A DNA stretch of 64,000 nt, taken from positions 66,388,851 through 66,452,850 of the forward strand of contig NC_068992.1 in assembly GCF_001194135.2 (NCBI RefSeq), read 5' to 3'. Shown piece by piece: positions 24,387 to 37,127 of this stretch. This DNA is from Octopus bimaculoides (Eukaryota). The stretch's first letter is position 1. Each line of letters begins with the position of its first letter. Both the position numbers and the translations under genes were made by a program. The notes below the pieces were generated by a model that had not been told where the DNA came from, ran no database searches, and saw nothing but the letters and a program-made list of their open reading frames with translations.

Positions 24387-24456
24387 TGGGTTCAATACTA
24401 CCCAATCTTAATAAAAATCTAAAGTTTCCAGATTTATTATTATTATTATTATTATT

Positions 24457-24693
24457 AAGGTGGCGAACTGGCAGAATCATTAGCATGCTGGGCAAACATG
24501 CTTAGCGGCATTTCATCCATCTTGACGTTCTGAGTTCAAACTCCACCAAAATCAACTTTGTCTTTCATCCTATAAGGGTCGATAAAATAAATACCAGTGA
24601 GAAACACTGGGGTCGATGTAATTGACTAGTTCCCTCCCCCCAGATTTCAGGCCTTGTGCCTTTAGCAGAAAGGATTATTATTATTATTATTAT
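24457..24693 (+). mobile_element. SINE family B, full length, inserted in (ATT)n
   Basis: A-box-like TGGCAGAATCATTAG, B-box-like GAGTTCAAACTCC, body, and tail GGCCTTGTGCC..AGAAAGG(ATT)n; (ATT)n on both sides. Confidence 0.9.
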
Positions 24694-25084
24694 AGTTCTG
24701 TGATTTTCCAATGTTGCTATAGTTTGAAGTTGGAAATTATATGCAAATTCTCTATTTCAATATGAATAAATAAAGTTTTGATCTTAGAGTAAATTTATTG
24801 CATATTAGTTGTGCCAGTGAAGTGGTTATTTGATCAGACTGTGTCTATTGAGGGGTTCACTGCCTTTATAAATGTCAGATGAATGAGTGGTTGACTGCCT
24901 TTATTAGTGTTGCTTGTATAAGTCTTTGAAATATCCTGAATATTCATTTCAGTTGCTCCGTTATAATGTCATGTTATCTCTAAAGGTGATAATTTAACAA
25001 GTTTTATAATCTTGTATGACTCTTTAAAATATCTTCATTTCAATTGTTCCACTTGAAGAAATGGAAAACTTGTGACCTTGAGAT

Positions 25085-25243
25085 CATCATCATCATCATC
25101 GTTTAACGTCCACTTTCCATGCTAGCATGGGTTGGACGATTTGACTGAGGACTGGTGAAACCGGATGGCAACACCAGGCTCCAATCTAAATTTGGCAGTG
25201 TTTCTACAGCTGGATGCCCTTCTTAACGCCAACCACTCAGAGC
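25085..25243 (-). mobile_element. SINE family C, young 5'-truncated antisense copy
   Basis: (CAT)n-CGTTTAACGTCCACTTTCCATGCTAGCATGGGTTGGACG...AACGCCAACCACTCAGAG. Confidence 0.92.
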
Positions 25244-26243
25244 CTGCTGAAAATACAGACTGGGTTCCAATATTGCGATATCTTTAGTCACTATCAGGAG
25301 ATGAACTTACAACACCTTTAAGTAGCTCCTGCAATTCCTTGTCTATGTGAGGCAAAGCATCTCTGATCTTTATTTCATTTGTCATGCTGTCTTTAAAAGT
25401 GTTAATTAAATTCTATAATCTTGAAAATATATTATGATGGAATCTGAGCAATATTGGTAATGAATTTAATCAGAATTGCTCCATTGTTTAATACATTCCC
25501 AAACTCTGTTGTTTATTGTCTAATTAGGAGATTGTGTGCTGGCAGGAAGGCAGAAAGAGTGAATGTTTTCAATGAAAATCTGTTAATTTTGTTGGAATCC
25601 TCCATTCCTCATCCCTTATTGTTTTTTGATTACTTTAAACTCACCTCCCTTTACAAGCTATGTGTCAGGGAAACAAAAATATTACTGTTATGGACAGAAG
25701 AATCCTTTCATCAATTAACATATTTTCAAGCGACTGTCATCATTGCACGTTATCAATTGACCCCTTCTCTTATTTCCTCTACAGCACTGACTAAGTTTCC
25801 TTCCTACCAGCATTTATCTCTGGCTTTTACAGTTGCCTTATTACACACAGGTACTCCATTCATAAGTTACCAGGGCTAATAGTAAAATTGCACTCAATAA
25901 GCATTTCAATGTCTATTTCAATATCTCCATATTTTCCTTTGTGTGAGTATTGCTATTGGTTACATTATTTATACTGCATCGAATCCCCACTGACCCTCTT
26001 CCTTCCCCATACTTTTTTTGAAAGTGGAACAAAGCTACCTTCCTATTCCCAAGAGTTTCTCATTGATCAATAGTTTCAGAATTGTGAAAGGTGTTTGATA
26101 TTAATCAGTAATTTGATTAACGATGATTGTAGTGCTCAGTGAATAATATTTTTGTACTTCTCTGCTGGATTACTTACTATGAAAAGATAGTAGTAATAGC
26201 AGTAGTGGTGAGGCAGACATATATGCTTGTCTGTCTGTCTGTC

Positions 26244-26312
<69 letters not shown>

Positions 26313-26415
26313 GTGTTGTTGTACTTGGGGATGGCCATATTGCCAGTTTATATATTCAATGTTGAAGCATTGATTTTTATTGTGTTGTTTCTTGTTTTTG
26401 TTTTTCTCCTTTCAG

Positions 26416-26433
26416 TGTAAAGTATCAAGGCGT
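26416..26433 (+). CDS. Candidate 18-nt microexon (xVKYQGx or CKVSRR)
   Basis: gtttcttgtttttgtttttctcctttcag|TGTAAAGTATCAAGGCGT|gtaagt; long pyrimidine tract, consensus donor, length divisible by 3. Confidence 0.5.
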
Positions 26434-27055
26434 GTAAGTTGTCTATGTTTGTCATGTACTTTAATAAATCTGTTAATTACTTCACTGATTGGCTTAATGT
26501 AGAAAAATATTTTCTTTTGCACTCTTCCTTTGAATTATGAAATTATTTATTGACATAGGAACTTAATGGAACTGTTTGTGTTGATTAGAAAATAGTTATT
26601 AGAAAACAATTGATTAATTATTAGTGTTTATGTTGGGTATTTTGTATGTCTGTTCCTGTTGGTGACAGCCTAAAAATTTGCATACAAGTCACAGTTGCCT
26701 TGCATTTATTGGTGGTAAAAAAAGAAATGCTCCCAGTACCAGTTGTTCATGTTTTGGTATTGGCTTCATGGGTATTTCCAAATTTTCTGTATTCATTATG
26801 AAATTATCTACAACTTCACTGAATAACACACTGCAACTCCTCAACTGAGTGTCTTCTATAAATACTACAACAGCCTCTGTACTTTGGAATGAGTTGCTCA
26901 CCACCTGTGCCAAACTCTTCTAGGTGCAGTTGTCTCATTCCTTCTTGGAACCTATGCTATGTCCCCTCCCTTCCTCACTCCACTTTTATGGATCACTATG
27001 TCTGAGGGAGAATTGAGAATTATAGATGATTTGGGGAGGAAGGATTTGACATAGC

Positions 27056-27235
27056 ATCATCATCATCATCATCATCATCGTTTAACGTCCGCTTTCCATG
27101 CTAGCATGGGTTGGACGGTTTGACTGAGGACTGGTGCAACCGGATGGCTACACCAGGCTCCAATCTAATCTGGCAGAGTTTCTACAGCTGGATGCCCTTC
27201 CTAACGCCAACCACTCAGAGAGTGTAGTGGGTGCA
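27056..27235 (-). mobile_element. SINE family C, young antisense copy
   Basis: Near-identical to the 25085 copy; extends to GAGAGTGTAGTGGGTGC. Confidence 0.92.
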
Positions 27236-28779
27236 GTTAATGAATATCTGTGTATGTGTTTGTGTTTTGGAGCTCTGGCTCCTGAGAAAATAAATATTTT
27301 CTTCAATTTTTTTTTCTTTATATATAGTGTAAAAACTAGATCAATCCATAGACATTATGGCAGTCTTCACAAGTTTTGGTAAAGTCATCAACACCAGGGA
27401 ATATGTATCTATTAGTCTAGTGACTTGTGATTAATTTATCCCCTATTGGTGGTGATGGTGGGAGTGGTAATGATTTTGATAATGAGCATTCAGTTGGTTG
27501 ATAAACTGAATTACTTATCCATGAATTAACATGTATCTGGTTGAGTATTCCACTGACGAGTGTTTCCTTAACTCAGTCCAAATCAGAATGACACTGTGTG
27601 TGACATGACTGTACCTTTTAAATTGCAGCAACAGTTCACTTAATGGGCTTCAATACAGTTTATGTCTGTCCTAATTACACTCTCAAGGCTGAGACTATGG
27701 TAAAAGACTCTTGCTCAAACTGTCACTGTGAGAACAGGCCCAGGATCTTATGGCTCTGTAGTGAACCTCTTGACCACTTGGCCATGTCTACATCTAGTGT
27801 CGTTTAATATCCAGTGATAGTTATTGAAGGATAAATTGTCATTTTACTGATCTTTTTCCAAAGTACAACCTGACTTTTATAAATTTATATAAATATGTAT
27901 AAATATATATGTTCATATGAAAGTAATGATCTCCATGTGTGTGTGGTAACATGGTGAGCTGCTTTGTTTCTCAACTTATCCCTCAGTGGATCTGTTTTTC
28001 CTTTTTTCTTGTCTCAATTCAGTGCTTAATACCATCTTAGCACTTCACTCATCCATAATATAAACAAAAGTGGGAAGTGTACTTTCAACCTAAGTCAACA
28101 ATCTGCTGGCACTATAATATTGACTGGGGTAAAACGGGTTTTAATAAAAGGTTTGTTTAAGGGTTTTCTTTTTGTTCTTTAAGTTTCTTGTTGCCAATAT
28201 TTTGATTTTTTGGCATTGATTAATATTGTCAGTTTTATGCCAATTTAAATGTTTTCTTTGTACAACATTTCTTATCTCTTTATGACATTTTTCTAATTAG
28301 TGTTAAACATTCATTTTGTTCTTGTTATTTACACTCAGACATTAGCACTTTTCCTTCTTTTTATTTTTATATTTAATATATAAAAAATGGTTTGAAGACC
28401 TATTTCATTTATAAGTCTATCTTTTGATATTCTAAGTGTTGTTTGTTTATGGAATAATCCTATAACAAGTGACTTATTTGGAATTGCTTCTCCTCTGTCT
28501 AGTTAACACAATCTTAAATTAACAAATACAGCTGGGTTGTTTTTTGTTATTAAATTTATACTTTGTTTGTTGTTGTTATAGTTTTGACTCTAGAATGGGT
28601 TTATTGGTTTGTATTTTTTCTTAGATATCCTGTTGTTTAGTTCCAGGTCAGTTCTGATTGAAGAATACCTGTGATGAAAAATGTTCCCACCTTAACCACC
28701 CACCCCGTTTTTGGTTGCTATTTTTAGTAAACTGAATGACTGCATAGAGGCTTTCGTATTGTAAATATTGTGCCCCCCT

Positions 28780-28985
28780 CCCCGGATCTGGTTTGGTTCT
28801 GTAAACATCTGCTCAAAGGCATTCCAACAATGACTATCCACCCTTTTTGTTTCTTTTCTCAGACGTAGTGTACCCTGCACTACATTATTCAGTTTGTTCT
28901 AGCTTTAAGACAGGAGGATGAGATTTGAAAAAGAGTTAGTTGCTATTTCTAGCAGGTTGAGTAACCCTAGAGAGGCTGGTTCCCT
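28780..28985. repeat. Interspersed repeat family D
   Basis: CTCAAAGGCATTCCAACAATGACTATCC...CTACATTATTC...TTGCTATTTCTAGCAGGTTGAGTAACC..AGAGGC. Confidence 0.65.
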
Positions 28986-30493
28986 TACTTGTTTGGCTTG
29001 TAAATGTCAAGTTTTGCTGATAAGGGGATCAGCTGGAAGATAACCAGTTATCAGGACATAAAGTTACCCTCATGCACGTTGAAGATATTTCCTAGTTAAA
29101 CTTTAAATAGATATTGAAACCAAAACCCTTAATGTGTAGATGTTGTAATTCTGTGATGTTCCACCTTCTTAATGAGATTAATTTTGATAGCTAATGAGTC
29201 GCTATATTGATGATGTATTGATGTATATAAAGACTTTGAAATGACTCTCTCACTAATTACTATTAAATGTAAAATCAGTCGATTGCTTATTGAAATCAGT
29301 TCAATAAACGGCTATGTTTATATGGTACACATGGCTTTAAGGTATTTTTTCTTTGTTAATTAGATTCATTTAAAATGTAAACTCATTCACATCCAGTAAG
29401 TACTTCTTCCTTGATCATGATAGTTAAGTGCATCTGTCAATCCCTAATTTGAGCATTATAGATGCTAATATTAACAGGTTAATAAAGGTGTTAATATTGG
29501 GGTGGGGAGAGTTTGATTTTCAAAGTAGCTCAGCTTGTTAGTCTTTCCTTGGTTGAAGTAAATCATTAAAGAGAATGACTACCTCATCAAAGTCCACTTA
29601 ATGACTAATTAAATTTCAGAATGAAAAGTTGGTAGATGCTTAAATGACTGTGGTATTATCTTGTCATCATTGTTGTCCTTTTGTGTTTGTCTTTCTTTGG
29701 TGACATGGCTTTGTACAGATTTATCCCAGCAGAGTGTCTCACCAATTAGTCATAGCCTTTGTCATCAGATGATCACACAGCAATAGAAAGATTGTCATTT
29801 CCTGTTGTATATGCCATACATTTTGGCATGGATTTTACAGCAGGATGTCCCTTTTTATTACCAGCCTCTTCACCTTATGGCCTGGTGTATTTTAACATAC
29901 CAGTGACTCCTTGGAGGTTCTCTATTATGACTCTAGACTCTCCTCTTCTTTGTATTAGCTTTTATTCAGTGACTGATCTTATAAACAAGCCTGTGTCTTG
30001 TGAAGTCCACATCTTTCTTTTTTGCCAATCACTTTACAGTAAGCATTTCATTATATTACTGCTCTTGGGGAGATTAGCTTTCAGAATTTAAAGAATAAAT
30101 GGTTTAAGTAAAAGCCCATCTCTTTTAATTCCATTTCTAAATTATATATTCTTTGTTTCAATCTTGTAGACTTTGATATTTTAATATAAAAGTTAAATTT
30201 TGTAAACAGATTCTTGTTGGCTACTAAAATGTATAACATGTGTATTTCTTTGCCAAAAATATTAAAGTGTATGTTACAAGTCAACATATCCCCTAGCTTT
30301 TAGTCTTCATCTTTGATGCATGCATGAGACATGCATTTAATGCTTTATTAAATATTTCCAAATTGATACTCAAAATTCTTGTATGCTTTCATACACCCAT
30401 TATGAAAAGCTTTAAGTTTTGTCTTTGACTCTGTAATTTTGTTTACTACATTTCAAAAATCATTTTTTAATCTCAACAATGGTTCTTCCATTG

Positions 30494-30840
30494 TCATCAT
30501 CATCATCATCATTTAACGTCCGCTTTCCATGCTAGCATGGGTTGGACGATTTGACTGAGGATTAGTGAACCAGATGGCTACACCAGGCTCCAATCTGATT
30601 TGGCAGAGTTTCTACAGCTGGATGCCCTTCCTAATGCCAACCACTGAGAGTGTAGTGGGTGCTTTTACGTGCCACTGGCACGAAGGCCAGTCAGGCGGTA
30701 CTGGCAACAGCCACGCTCAAAATGGTGTATTTTACGTGCAACCTGCACAGGAGCCAGCCCAGCGGCACTGGCAACGATCTCGCTTGAATGTCTTTACATG
30801 TGCCAGAAAGGCGACGCTGGGCACAGGTACCATCACGATG
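30494..30840 (-). mobile_element. SINE family C, long young antisense copy
   Basis: Same 3' end as 25085 and 27056, plus a further 5' region (GCTTTTACGTGCCACTGGCACG..GGCCAGTCAGGCGGTACTGGCAAC) matching 58167-58538 in reverse. Confidence 0.92.
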
Positions 30841-32442
30841 TAGTTGTTATATTTGTTACTTATCATGTGTGCACTTTTTCTGTAAACTGCTTTATGCAAA
30901 TATGTCATTGAATTTTCTAGACTTCTTAGGTACAATCAGATCGTTTTTCTATCAGTGCTTTATATATGTTTATATATGTATTGTGCGAAGGTTTTACTTT
31001 CTATTGCCATTTCTTAAGGATACAATATTTATACCTTTTATTGAATTTACATACATATTTATTGTTGTTATTGTGAAAGGCTGACTGAGTGCACTGACTT
31101 TGATTGGTCATTGAAGTGTTAAATGTGAGAATAAAAAAAAAAAGGGAGGATGAGTTTTTTTTTTTTTTAAATACTATTATGGTGATTTTTGTGAAGTCTT
31201 TATAGAAAGAATTAGTTTTTTAACTTGTATGTCAAGAAAATCTGTTTTTGTTGTTGGCTTTGTTTCCTGTTTGACTTTTGTGTACTTGATATCTGGATGG
31301 ATAAAATTGAGTATTTTGAATTTTGTTACAAAGGCCATCTTCAGATAGAACTAATTCTATTATTGTATATCAAGCTACTCTTAGCACCTGTCATAGATCT
31401 GAGGTAATATATTTACGTTTGTGAATACATCATCTAGGACATTTACTGAGGAGAAGTGTTCGTGTTAAAAACCAGTGGGAAGTGGCACATTACATACATT
31501 AATCAATGTTTAGCCTATTGATATGATGTCATCAACGTTTGTGCTTAGTTCTTCTGGATCATTTGCTGTGAACTAGATATGTCTTTCTCCAACTCAATTT
31601 CTCAACAGAAATTATATACTCTTTGTACTCTGTTTATAAGTTGATCATTCTAACTTGTTTTCGTTTCTTTGTTTTCATGTTTTGTAAGCTGGAACTAGTC
31701 ATAAAGCAGGACTCCACTTAAGTTGTTCCACTACCATGATATTCAATATTTTCACATACTGACAGCATTAAATGAAACGTCTTGAGGTAGTATTCCTGGC
31801 TGGATCACCTCACCTTGTGCCAACCTTTATTTCATGTAAAGTACTTTAATTCAGTGGTCTATAAATATTAAACTACTGAGCTATGGCACGTAAACAAACA
31901 TCACTGTTACCCAATGTCAATCAAAATACAGAGAAAGAGAAAGAGGGGGAGAGAGAGTGTTGTTTAATATCTGGTGTACTTTGGATAAAGACATATTCTT
32001 GAGATATTGTTTCGTAACTGGATGCTCCACTGTCATTAACCCTTAAGCCTATTTTTGAAATAAGGGATTTTTATTCCAGTTGGTTTTGAAACAATAACAA
32101 CAACAAGAATGTGGAGTTTTTAAGGTCGCTTTAAATTTTTTGATATTTGAAATATTAAACTGTTCTGTCGGGTGAGGAAGGTTTGTGGGATTTTCAGAGT
32201 TGTGGTCCCATATAACCAGAATTGGAATAACTAGATTTAACTTGGCACAACATTGCTGATTATCAGTTAAGTATTACATGAATCCGCCCCCCCCCCCCTC
32301 CACATAGGAATTTAGTTTCATTGTGATATTAGGGCTCAGTTTGGGCTTATTTAGGATGACAACTCAACTGACCTCTTTTCATGATCCATATAGACCCCCA
32401 CCCCGTGAAGCTTTAATTTCACTGTAAGACTATATCTAATAT

Positions 32443-32655
32443 GAGAGGAAGAGAGCGATTGGTGGCTGTGCATAGGATGGGAGAGGCAGCAGAAAGAGCC
32501 TCTTGCCGATTGTGGAGCAAGAGGAGTTAAGCTGGAAGCCAGGGGGAGATGAAAGACAAGACTTCACCAGCTCTGCTGACCCATCATTGGGAGGTTGTTA
32601 TGGTTTAGGGTTGAAAAACCCAATGATTGTTGGATACCATTTGATGACATCAATT
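32443..32655 (+). mobile_element. 3' end of a HERO-like (R2-group) non-LTR retrotransposon
   Basis: ...HRMGEAAERASCRLWSKR, then a frameshift to LSWKPGGD, followed by a 3' UTR (CTGCTGACCCATCA..GGAGGTTGTTATGGTTTAGGG..GATACCATTTGATGACATC). Resembles the recalled 'GEAAERASCWLW.RR..SW' C-terminus. Clade assignment is from memory. Confidence 0.6.
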
Positions 32656-32726
32656 CCTTCTGGTTAAAGATCCTTTCACTTTGGTGAGTGGAAAAGATGC
32701 ACCTTCTTCCAGGTGTTATTAATAAC

Positions 32727-32900
<174 letters not shown>

Positions 32901-33559
32901 ACTGCCTATGTGTATACATTCCTAAACCCATGCTGTTCTGGTACTATAGCAATTAAAATACTAAATGGTTGAGTTGCTTTCTAGACAAGTTACTCAACTT
33001 GAGCTATAATATAATGGATTGTCCTGTTAAAATGCCTTCATTTATGTCAGAAAGATTAATGACATATTTTCATTCTTCTCCCCAATCTTTCTCCTTCTCC
33101 CTGATTCATTTAGTTTCTCTTTTCTTCTTCTCCTTCCTCTTTGCCTCTTTTCTCTACATACTTTGAAGTCTTACAATGATGGACATGAAAGATTAACTTC
33201 AAAGCAATATCTAGATGGTAATATGATGAAACTTTCACGCATTATAGTTGGTTTTTGTGTTTATCATTTTTAATAACAGAAAGTGAAAAAAGAAAAGCAA
33301 ACAAATTGTGTTTGATATAAAAATGAATGTTCTTATTAGAATTTTTGTTTTCTTTTTTCACTTATTATCATCACTTATCAGATTAGTCTGGTTTTTAAGA
33401 TATTAATTTTGAGATTTTGTTAAGCGAGTTCATTCCCACATTAACCAAAAGTAAAACTATATGATATTCATTGTATTTCTGTTATTCTCCATCCACTGAA
33501 TCCTGTTTCTTTTCTAAAGTCTGGGCAATTAATCTGTCCATTATTATTATGATTATTAA

Positions 33560-33950
33560 ATGTTTCCCATTCTTGTATGGGTCAGACAGAATTGTATGAG
33601 GCAGATTTTTTCCAGCTGGGTACCTTTTCCTGTTGCCAATCCTCCCTTGTTTCCAAACAAGGTAATATTTCCCCATGGCTAGACATGTTTTTCACCGTAG
33701 ATTGGAAATGAATGAACAATATCACTTGTATGGTGGTGATGATTGTTTATAACTGTCACATGATATCAAGACAAGGCTACCCCCCCCCCCATGCACAACA
33801 AGCTTCTATTGGTGTATGTCTACCAAATTCACTCACTAGACTTTGGCTGGCCCACAGCTATAGTAGAAGACATTTGCCCAAGGTGCTCCACAGTGGAACT
33901 GAATCTGAGCCCACATGGTTGGGGAGCAAGATTGTTACCCACACATGTTG
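33560..33950 (-). mobile_element. Composite SINE: family A head plus tail type 2, antisense
   Basis: 33795-33950 is the reverse family A head; 33560-33780 (GGTAATATTTCCCCATGGCTAGACATG..GATTGGAAA) is the reverse of 39830-40010. Confidence 0.8.
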
Positions 33951-35017
33951 AAATGTTTCCCAGTGACGCACTCAAACTAATATTGTTAGATGTCAATGCT
34001 TTCCTCATTAAAACTTATTCTTTCTAATAATCTGATGTCTTGTATAAATCTGTGCCATGCTTGGTTGGCGACATTGGTAATATTTATTATTTTAACATCC
34101 TTAAAATTAAACAAATAAATATAATAAATACAAAGGCTGTTTTCTTATGTAATTACTTTTAATTAAATATTTACCTCTTCTATGATAATGTTTTAGCATT
34201 CCTTTTAAACTGCTATTTTTTTCATGTTGCTCTTTTGCTTGGAACTAAGCAAACTATTGAGTCCATAGTTATTTGGTTCAAGGGGTGAAGGATTATCCAG
34301 TAATCTCAAGTTTAACTGTCAAGTCTTTTGCAATGTTTACCTTGAAAACCAGTACATCATCAGTGCAGTCTGAATGGCAGTTTTATGACAGGAAGGCACA
34401 GAAGTGTTCTTTTCAAACTGGAGTAAATTGCTGATGGCAGATATTTTTAATAGGATTCACTTAGAAATAATGGATGAGCTCATAACAGTTTGTTGAGGCC
34501 CTCTTGGAGATTTAGTAGCAATGTGATAATGATGTTTCTAATGCTACAGTTGTCCTATTACTGTTTACACCAGGAGGGGAATATTTTTAAGACTAGGGGT
34601 GAGTTGTGATTAAACATTTGTGGGGTTGTATCTGTGGTGAGAAAAATAATGAATCTTCAATTTTACAAATTCACAGATGTGCAGCTTATATGAAATATTG
34701 CTGTTTTAAAGGCTTAAACTAGTTTTCTTTTTTTTTTTTGTATGGATTTTTGTGACCTTGTTAATGGACAATTTTAAATTTGAGTAGAGTGAAATTTCAC
34801 TCACTAGTGGGGCAGGGGGATTTCTACTTCTGATCTGAAGAGTTTATCATTCTTATCTCCACATTGGTTTCACTTAATGTTGGTTGGCATCATCTTTGCA
34901 GGAATCTGACTGCTTAAAAAGAAAAAAACCCAAAAAAAACCATTGAAACAAAGAGGTGTTGAGAAATTTGTTATGCAGTGGAGTCTGCCCTATTTTGAAA
35001 TATATTCTGTGTCATTG

Positions 35018-35075
<58 letters not shown>

Positions 35076-35658
35076 GTTTCTTCAGACAGCTGTTAAGTAT
35101 AAAATTGATATATCCAGCCAGAAATAACACATTGCTGGCTTCATTCTATTAGTGCAGTGGTAGGAGGATAAATAACTGTTTAGCCATTGTTGCCAGGCCT
35201 ACTGCAAACGTTTTATAGTCCCTTCTGTTTGATTGCAGTTCATGGGAATATTTAATACTAACTTAGAAGAGTAACATATGTTCTATAGCTAAACACAGAC
35301 CTCGACAACACCCACAATACCACCAGCCTAATCGATAAAATAGATTTGGAATGAAGTTTCTTATTTATATATTCTTATTTTTGGTTTCTTATTTCAGTTT
35401 GACATTTTAAAATTAAATAATATATCAAGAATTAAAATAGATCTCAGTTCAGCCATGCCTGTAGGATTGAGAACTTTTGTCTCATAACAACATTTTTATT
35501 TTTTCATACATTTAGTCAAGAGCGAAGGCAGTGTTTTGACATGTTTCAGGTCTTCCAACAATAGTGGGGCAGAGGGAGGGAAGGAAGATATCCTCAAAAC
35601 CTGGCTTAGATGCTTGCAATAGGGTAGACACTGCTTAAGGCACCCAAGTGGTGCTAAG

Positions 35659-35702
35659 TGGTGGTGGTGGTGGTGGTGGTGGTGGTGGTGGTGGTGGTGG
35701 TG
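35659..35702. repeat. (GGT)n trinucleotide repeat
   Basis: Directly visible; source of the poly-His ORF on the minus strand. Confidence 0.95.
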
Positions 35703-36740
35703 ATATAAAACTGGGTGATATGGGTTAAGTCTGTCATCTAAGTAAGTCATGGTAGAATTGAGAACTAAGAAACACAAAAGGCCTCAACAAATACCACAAG
35801 GCTTCTAGTCTGGTGTTCTTACAGTTCTGATAATCTGCCATCTTAGATTGTACTTTATTGATCTTGAAAGGGTGAAGGGCACAAATGACCTCAATGGGAT
35901 TTAAACTTTGAATGTAGTACCTTGGTTAAGTCAATCAGTACCATTCACTGGAATTTGGTATATAGAAACTGCAGGAAACCTGCTGTGTGTATGTGTGTGT
36001 GTGTGTGTGTGTAAATCTGTGTTAATGCTTATATTCCATGCTTGTGGACTGCTCCAGTGGTGCTGATGTTGATATTTATTACTGACTGCTCTGTGTTTTT
36101 GACGATTTATAGAGTAAACAATCCCTTAAATGAAAAATAAGTTAGGCTTCACCACAAGAAGAGCTTCCGGCCACAAAATCTTGCTTTAAATAATTCTCTA
36201 TCCCAACCTTTGCTGGCTTGGATAAACAGACATTAAACAGACAAATTTGGTCTTTTAATACTGTGCTTTTATCTAATTATATAAGATATCATGACTGATA
36301 TTTTAAGAATCAAATATTGGACTCTGAATTAACCAAAAAGGGAAAATAAATAATAAAAATACTTGAATTTCCAGAGGCAAACTGAATAAAGGTAGTTTTT
36401 TTTTTTTATTCTGGTATTGCTCAAATATGCCACTCCTCACCAGCCTTTGTTGTTAAAATACAACATCCATGTGTTACTTGGTCTACCTCTATTTTTTATG
36501 AGGAAACTTTATTATTTTTATTTTACCTGTGAAATGTTAGTTTTTTTTTTTTTCTATTAGCAGCACATCCTATCAAATTTGATATCTTTTGTGTTGAAAC
36601 AATGAACTCATCCTATTTAGAACTAATGGGGGAGGGGACTATTTTAATAGTTTTGCAGGGTCTTCCATTTGGAAGTCGTTACACACACCTGATTCTCTTG
36701 GCCTACTGAAAAAAAGTTCTCGTCTCCTACCTTTCTGCAG

Positions 36741-36819
36741 GAGAATAACTCCCAGTCTGAGCCTGGATGGTGTGGCATAACAGACATTAAATGAGCACGC
36801 ATGTGCACACACACTTTCA
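36741..36819 (+). CDS. Candidate 79-nt exon, mostly 5' UTR, with ATG 36791 (MSTHVHTHF+CA, phase 2)
   Basis: ttctcgtctcctacctttctgcag|GAGAAT...ACTTTCA|gtaagt; all three through-frames contain stops, so coding use needs the internal ATG. Confidence 0.35.
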
Positions 36820-37079
36820 GTAAGTAATGATTGAAATGAAAACACAAAAAAGCCATAACAGAATGTCTACAAACTGATGTTAGTTTAATAATTACTGTAA
36901 TTAGTAAGGAATGTTATAAGTGAGATTTGAAAATACTGTTGCCAAGTAATTATAAAAACAAAAGACGAATATGCTTCGCATTGATTAATTTTTAACTGTT
37001 TCCAGTAAAGTTGATTTCCTTGTTCGTAATAAGAAAATGATTTGAATTGCATTACATGGGTGTGGAAAAGAGATGTGTG

Positions 37080-37127
<48 letters not shown>

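Noticed and set aside
24457-24550. tRNA-like A/B boxes in SINE heads as real tRNA genes
   Set aside because: No complete cloverleaf or acceptor stem; they continue into dispersed SINE bodies.
25785-25850. + strand exon candidates at 25785-25850, 15710-15737, 29364-29395 and 59767-59805
   Set aside because: Each has one weak splice site or lies in repeat-like sequence; cannot be distinguished from background.
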